This document shows, one piece after another, positions 28,298 to 32,000 of a DNA stretch of 32,000 nucleotides. Position 1 is the first letter of the stretch. Each line of letters starts with the position of its first letter. The translations under genes were made by a program, and so were the position numbers. Under the pieces are notes generated by a model. The model worked only from the letters and a program-made list of their open reading frames with translations, did not search any database and had not been told where the DNA came from. The stretch comes from an uncultured Opitutales bacterium (GTDB lineage: Bacteria; Verrucomicrobiota; Verrucomicrobiia; Opitutales; UBA9783): NCBI GenBank assembly GCA_934691225.1, contig CAKUSQ010000001.1, forward strand, positions 330,001 through 362,000. The letters are read 5' to 3'.

Positions 28298-29653
28298 CTA
28301 CTTTCCGATACAAAAGGTGGAAAAAATTTTGTCCAAAATACGTTCATAATCAACACGCCCAACAATTTGTTCAAATGCATAAAGTGCTGTTTTCAATTCA
28401 GCTGCCAGACAATCATCATAACCGCACGTACTTAGCAACGCTTCTGCTTTTTTCAAAGCTTGCTTTGCTCCAGAAAGTGCTTCTGCATGCCTCTCATGAA
28501 TTAAAAATTCTACCTGCGAAAAATTTTGGTAACGTTCCTCAAGAAAATTTGATATGGAAGTTTTAACGCACTCTAGGTTATCCACCTGTTTCAATGTCGT
28601 GATACAATAATAATCCTTTTCAAAAAAGTTTTTTACTTCATCACGAACACCCAAATCTGCCTTGTTGATAATCACGAGCGTTTTACGAATATCCAGATGT
28701 GGACGCAATTGTTGTAAAGCCTCTATAGATGCTTCAGAACCATCAACAACCCACAAAACACAATCTGCCCTACAAATTTGTTCATACGTTTTTTGAATTC
28801 CCAACTTTTCTATCATTTCTTGCGACGCATGGATTCCAGCTGTATCAACAAGATTCAATGTATAAGTACCTAAATGATAATACTCTGAAATAAAATCGCG
28901 TGTTGTTCCAGGAACATCGCTTACAATAGCCCGTTCTTGTCCTAATAAAAGATTCAACAGTGTGCTTTTTCCTGCATTCGGAGCCCCCACAATAGCTGTG
29001 CGAATTCCATTGTGCAATGGCGTAAAAAAACGATGCGAATCAATCAATTGTTCTATACGACGCAGCATGCTTGTTATCTGCCCTTGAAATGCCTGTTTAT
29101 TTTCTTCTGGCAAGTCTTCTTCTGGAAAATCTAAATATGCTTCCACAAAGGCAATTTGATCCGTTAATGTTTGTATAAAGGACTGTATAGATTGGCTCAA
29201 AGAACCTTTTAATTGCTTTTGCGCAATTGTAAGAGCCTGCAAAGATTGCGAATGTATCAAATCTTCTACCGCTTCTGCTTGACACAAATCTATCACACCA
29301 TTTAAAAATGCACGACGTGTAAATTCTCCAGGTTCAGCCTGTCGACATCCTCGAGTTATACAATCGCGAACTACTTGTTGCAAAATCAATGGGTTACCAT
29401 GACATGAAATTTCTAGCATTGCTTCGCCAGTATAAGAACTACCGGGTTCGAAATAAACAAATAATGGATCGTCTAAAACAACGTCACTGTTATTAAGGTG
29501 ATAATGTCCTAAGTAGCTGTATCTGGGTTTTATGGCTTCTTTTTTAAAAATTTGACAAGCTAAATCGTAACATGTTGAACCACTTAAGCGGATCAATCCA
29601 ATTCCTGAAACTCCTAAAGGTGTAGATAACGCTACTATCGTATCCATGAACAT
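28298..29653 (-). CDS. mnmE: tRNA modification GTPase MnmE (TrmE)
   Basis: N-terminal [10 protein letters not shown] domain [30 protein letters not shown]-terminal CIGK motif. Confidence 0.95.
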   Translation of the reverse strand: MFMDTIVALSTPLGVSGIGLIRLSGSTCYDLACQIFKKEAIKPRYSYLGHYHLNNSDVVLDDPLFVYFEPGSSYTGEAMLEISCHGNPLILQQVVRDCITRGCRQAEPGEFTRRAFLNGVIDLCQAEAVEDLIHSQSLQALTIAQKQLKGSLSQSIQSFIQTLTDQIAFVEAYLDFPEEDLPEENKQAFQGQITSMLRRIEQLIDSHRFFTPLHNGIRTAIVGAPNAGKSTLLNLLLGQERAIVSDVPGTTRDFISEYYHLGTYTLNLVDTAGIHASQEMIEKLGIQKTYEQICRADCVLWVVDGSEASIEALQQLRPHLDIRKTLVIINKADLGVRDEVKNFFEKDYYCITTLKQVDNLECVKTSISNFLEERYQNFSQVEFLIHERHAEALSGAKQALKKAEALLSTCGYDDCLAAELKTALYAFEQIVGRVDYERILDKIFSTFCIGK

Positions 29654-29993
29654 CTATGCAGTATCAAAATCTACACGTTCGCAAGTTTATTTGCGTGCAA
29701 TTTTTTCCGAACACGAAAATTTTTACTCACAATAAATTGTGAATAATTTGTTAAAAACACTACAATAACCTGTTAAAACTTAGGAATTCTGACAAAGTAT
29801 TACCCATTATTTTTTAAAAACAATCCACTTATTCACAAAACATAAATATGCCATAAATAAGATAAAATCTACGTTATCATAGATTGTGCCAACTTATTCA
29901 CATGCATAAAAATAATATGAAATTTTTTATTTAAATAATTTATTAATAGAAAAAGCTTTTATATTTTTCCCTATCGTTTACATTTATCTTATC
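29654..29993. other. AT-rich divergent intergenic region with clustered DnaA-box-like 9-mers: candidate oriC or DnaA-controlled region
   Basis: TGTGAATAA at 29738-29746, and TTATTCACA at 29829-29837 and 29894-29902. All three fit the relaxed DnaA box TTWTNCACA. TTACTCACA lies at 29723-29731. An almost pure A/T stretch occupies ~29908-29966. Flanking genes diverge (mnmE on -, folE on +). Confidence 0.35.
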
Positions 29994-30905
29994 GTGTCGA
30001 TAGAGAAATATACAGAAGATTTTTTGCATGAGATTTTTTTACGTTGCGGTGAAGATCCTTCACGACAAGGATTGGTCAAAACACCCCAACGTTTCTTAAA
30101 ATCTTTTCTAGAATTAACGCAGGGATATCGGCAAAATTTAGAAGATATTGTAAACGATGCTTTGTTTGAATGTACAAATCCTTCGCCGATTTATGTTAAG
30201 AATATTCCTTTTTTTTCGTTATGTGAGCATCATTTATTACCTTTTTTTGGACATTGCCAAGTGGCTTATGTGCCAGATGGTTGCGTGTTAGGACTATCCA
30301 AAGTCTACCGAATTGTAGATTTTTTTGCAAAACGGTTACAATTGCAGGAACGTTTAACACAGCAAATTGGTGAGGCATTGCAGCAAGTTACGCATGCTAA
30401 AGGTGTTTGGGTTGAGATGGATGGACAACATTTGTGTGTAGCTATGCGCGGTGTTCAACGATCGCAGTCGTTCATGAAAACACAATATAAATACGGAGAT
30501 ATTTCAGGAATAAGCATATTCTTACCAGAAACTTCAAAAACATCGTCCGTAATTTTAAAATTAAAGACGTTGAAATTTCCGCTTAAAATAGGTTGTTATT
30601 CAGATGAACAAAAACGATTTACACCGGTTCAAATTTTTATAGAAATAAAATTACAAAAGCATCAAGCTTGCTATTCAGACCAGCTTAGGGATACATATTG
30701 CTATGATCAGCTTAGTCAATGCATAGAGCAAAGTTGTTTGCAACAATCGTTTCAGTTGATTGAACACGCTTGCCAAGTTGTTTATGATGTTGTACATACA
30801 TACTTAGAGAAAACCCTAGGTGAGTCGAACATTCGGGTTACGTTAGTTAAAACATTGCAGCACACGTTATTATCGGAAAGCCAATGCACAATTAGTGATT
30901 TCTAA
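29994..30905 (+). CDS. folE: GTP cyclohydrolase I (FolE) fused to a C-terminal dihydroneopterin-aldolase-like (FolB/FolX T-fold) domain
   Basis: FolE blocks: [63 protein letters not shown]. From about residue 188 the sequence is FolB-like: [61 protein letters not shown] start. Confidence 0.85.
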   Translation: MSIEKYTEDFLHEIFLRCGEDPSRQGLVKTPQRFLKSFLELTQGYRQNLEDIVNDALFECTNPSPIYVKNIPFFSLCEHHLLPFFGHCQVAYVPDGCVLGLSKVYRIVDFFAKRLQLQERLTQQIGEALQQVTHAKGVWVEMDGQHLCVAMRGVQRSQSFMKTQYKYGDISGISIFLPETSKTSSVILKLKTLKFPLKIGCYSDEQKRFTPVQIFIEIKLQKHQACYSDQLRDTYCYDQLSQCIEQSCLQQSFQLIEHACQVVYDVVHTYLEKTLGESNIRVTLVKTLQHTLLSESQCTISDF

Positions 30906-30909
30906 GTTT

Positions 30910-32000
30910 ATGTTTCACGGAAAAATAGCAGATATTTTTCATTATTTTTATCAGCGTTTATTTGCACTTCGTTGTCAAAAAACGTCTATGGGAATTTTGA
31001 ATCCTCTGTTGCTGTTGATTTTGAGCTGCATTGGCATTGCTTTTATGTATGCTATACAGAAAGAAAGTCAGGGTTTGCATTTAAAGTGGAAATCACAGGT
31101 TGTTTGGTTGTGTCTTGGAATTGTTTTGTATTATATTGTATCTAATTATCACTATAAAATTTTTTTTCAAAATGCACATTGGATTTATTTGTTTTCGATT
31201 GTGTTATTATTGTGTTTATGGACACCTTTAGGGAAAACGTTGGGAGGAAGTCGGCGATGGTTAAACTTAGGATTTATTACCATTCAACCATCCGATTTCA
31301 GTAAAATAGCTACGTTACTCATGATTGCCAGTGCATTAACCCGAACGCAATTGACAACATTTCGAGACTCTATAAAAATTTTAACACAAATATTTATCAT
31401 AGCAGGGATTTCTTTTTTTCTAATATTTTTGCAACCAGATTTAGGTTCAGCCATGGTTTTACCGGCGATAGTTTTTGGTTTATTATTTGTATCGAAATTG
31501 TCGCTTCGTTTTTTTGGATGTGTGCTGCTAACATGCTGTTGTTTTTTGGGTGTTGTTGCTTTGGATACACATGCTTATTATTTAAAAAAGAAAGGTGTTG
31601 AAAGTACATTGCGACCTTTTTTGCCTTTAAAAGATTATCAGAGAAATCGCATTTTAGCTTTTACAGTGCCTTCAAGTATAGATCCGCAAGGTGTCCATGT
31701 AGGTTGGCACTTAAAACAATCCTTAATTGCGATCAGTTCAGGAGGAATTTTTGGAAAAGGTTGGACAAAAAATACGCAAGCACAATTAGGATATTTACCT
31801 AAAGCAGCATCATTAGATGATTTTATTTTTTCTGTTTTGGCAGAAGAAACGGGTTTATTTGGAACATATTTTGTGCTTGTATTGTACGCTATTTTAATTT
31901 TTAATACGTTCCGTATTGCTACAATGTCTCGAGATCGTTTTGGTTGTTATCTTTGTGTGGGTGTGGCTTTACTGATGGTTACACACATTTGGATTAACGT
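30910..32000 (+). CDS. rodA: SEDS-family peptidoglycan polymerase, RodA-like; 5' part, continues past the window end
   Basis: Not in the ORF track because it has no stop inside the window. Frame checked by hand from the ATG at 30910, 4 nt after the folE-folB stop. Motifs: GSRRWLNLGFITIQPSDFSK, LQPDLGSAM, DYQRNRILAF, ISSGGIFGKGW, DDFIFSVLAEETG. Confidence 0.8.
   Translation, partial: MFHGKIADIFHYFYQRLFALRCQKTSMGILNPLLLLILSCIGIAFMYAIQKESQGLHLKWKSQVVWLCLGIVLYYIVSNYHYKIFFQNAHWIYLFSIVLLLCLWTPLGKTLGGSRRWLNLGFITIQPSDFSKIATLLMIASALTRTQLTTFRDSIKILTQIFIIAGISFFLIFLQPDLGSAMVLPAIVFGLLFVSKLSLRFFGCVLLTCCCFLGVVALDTHAYYLKKKGVESTLRPFLPLKDYQRNRILAFTVPSSIDPQGVHVGWHLKQSLIAISSGGIFGKGWTKNTQAQLGYLPKAASLDDFIFSVLAEETGLFGTYFVLVLYAILIFNTFRIATMSRDRFGCYLCVGVALLMVTHIWIN

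Overview
AT-rich, gene-dense bacterial chromosomal segment with tiny intergenic spacers and several 4-8 nt start/stop overlaps. An outer-membrane factor with a lipobox, an RND pump, a tail-specific protease and a RodA-like SEDS protein indicate a diderm. Proteins are notably Q/N/K-rich, which suggests a host-associated lineage, but I cannot name the organism from sequence alone. All calls rest on motif recognition by eye in the supplied ORF translations; no database search was run. Left to right: prc (3' part), trmH-family methyltransferase and recN on +; asd plus two unknown genes (one a divergent GNAT) on -; comM/yifB and a family-IV esterase on +; tRNA-Ser(GGA) on -. A roughly 21 kb block follows that is almost entirely minus-strand: hppA, a three-gene phosphorelay, mnmA, an OMF-MFP-RND efflux operon, a MATE pump, a beta-CASP hydrolase, tmRNA, and trmB-mnmG-mnmE. 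Transcription then switches to + with a folE-folB fusion and rodA (5' part). I found no rRNA, CRISPR array, transposase or integrase. Four items deserve a second look. (1) A plus-strand, two-gene cassette of signal-peptide ORFans lies between ssrA and trmB (24205-25855). Its first gene is split by a poly(A) frameshift; its second is a Q/N-rich repeat protein with a papain-fold (USP/OTU-like) Cys-box/His-box pattern, a candidate secreted effector. (2) The 340 nt AT-rich divergent spacer between mnmE and folE carries three exact TTATTCACA DnaA-box-like 9-mers at the point where gene orientation flips, a candidate oriC. (3) The translationally coupled kinase / receiver / hybrid-kinase operon ends in a decayed pseudo-receiver tail. 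(4) A GNAT-like gene with a large insertion is paired with an upstream unknown gene.
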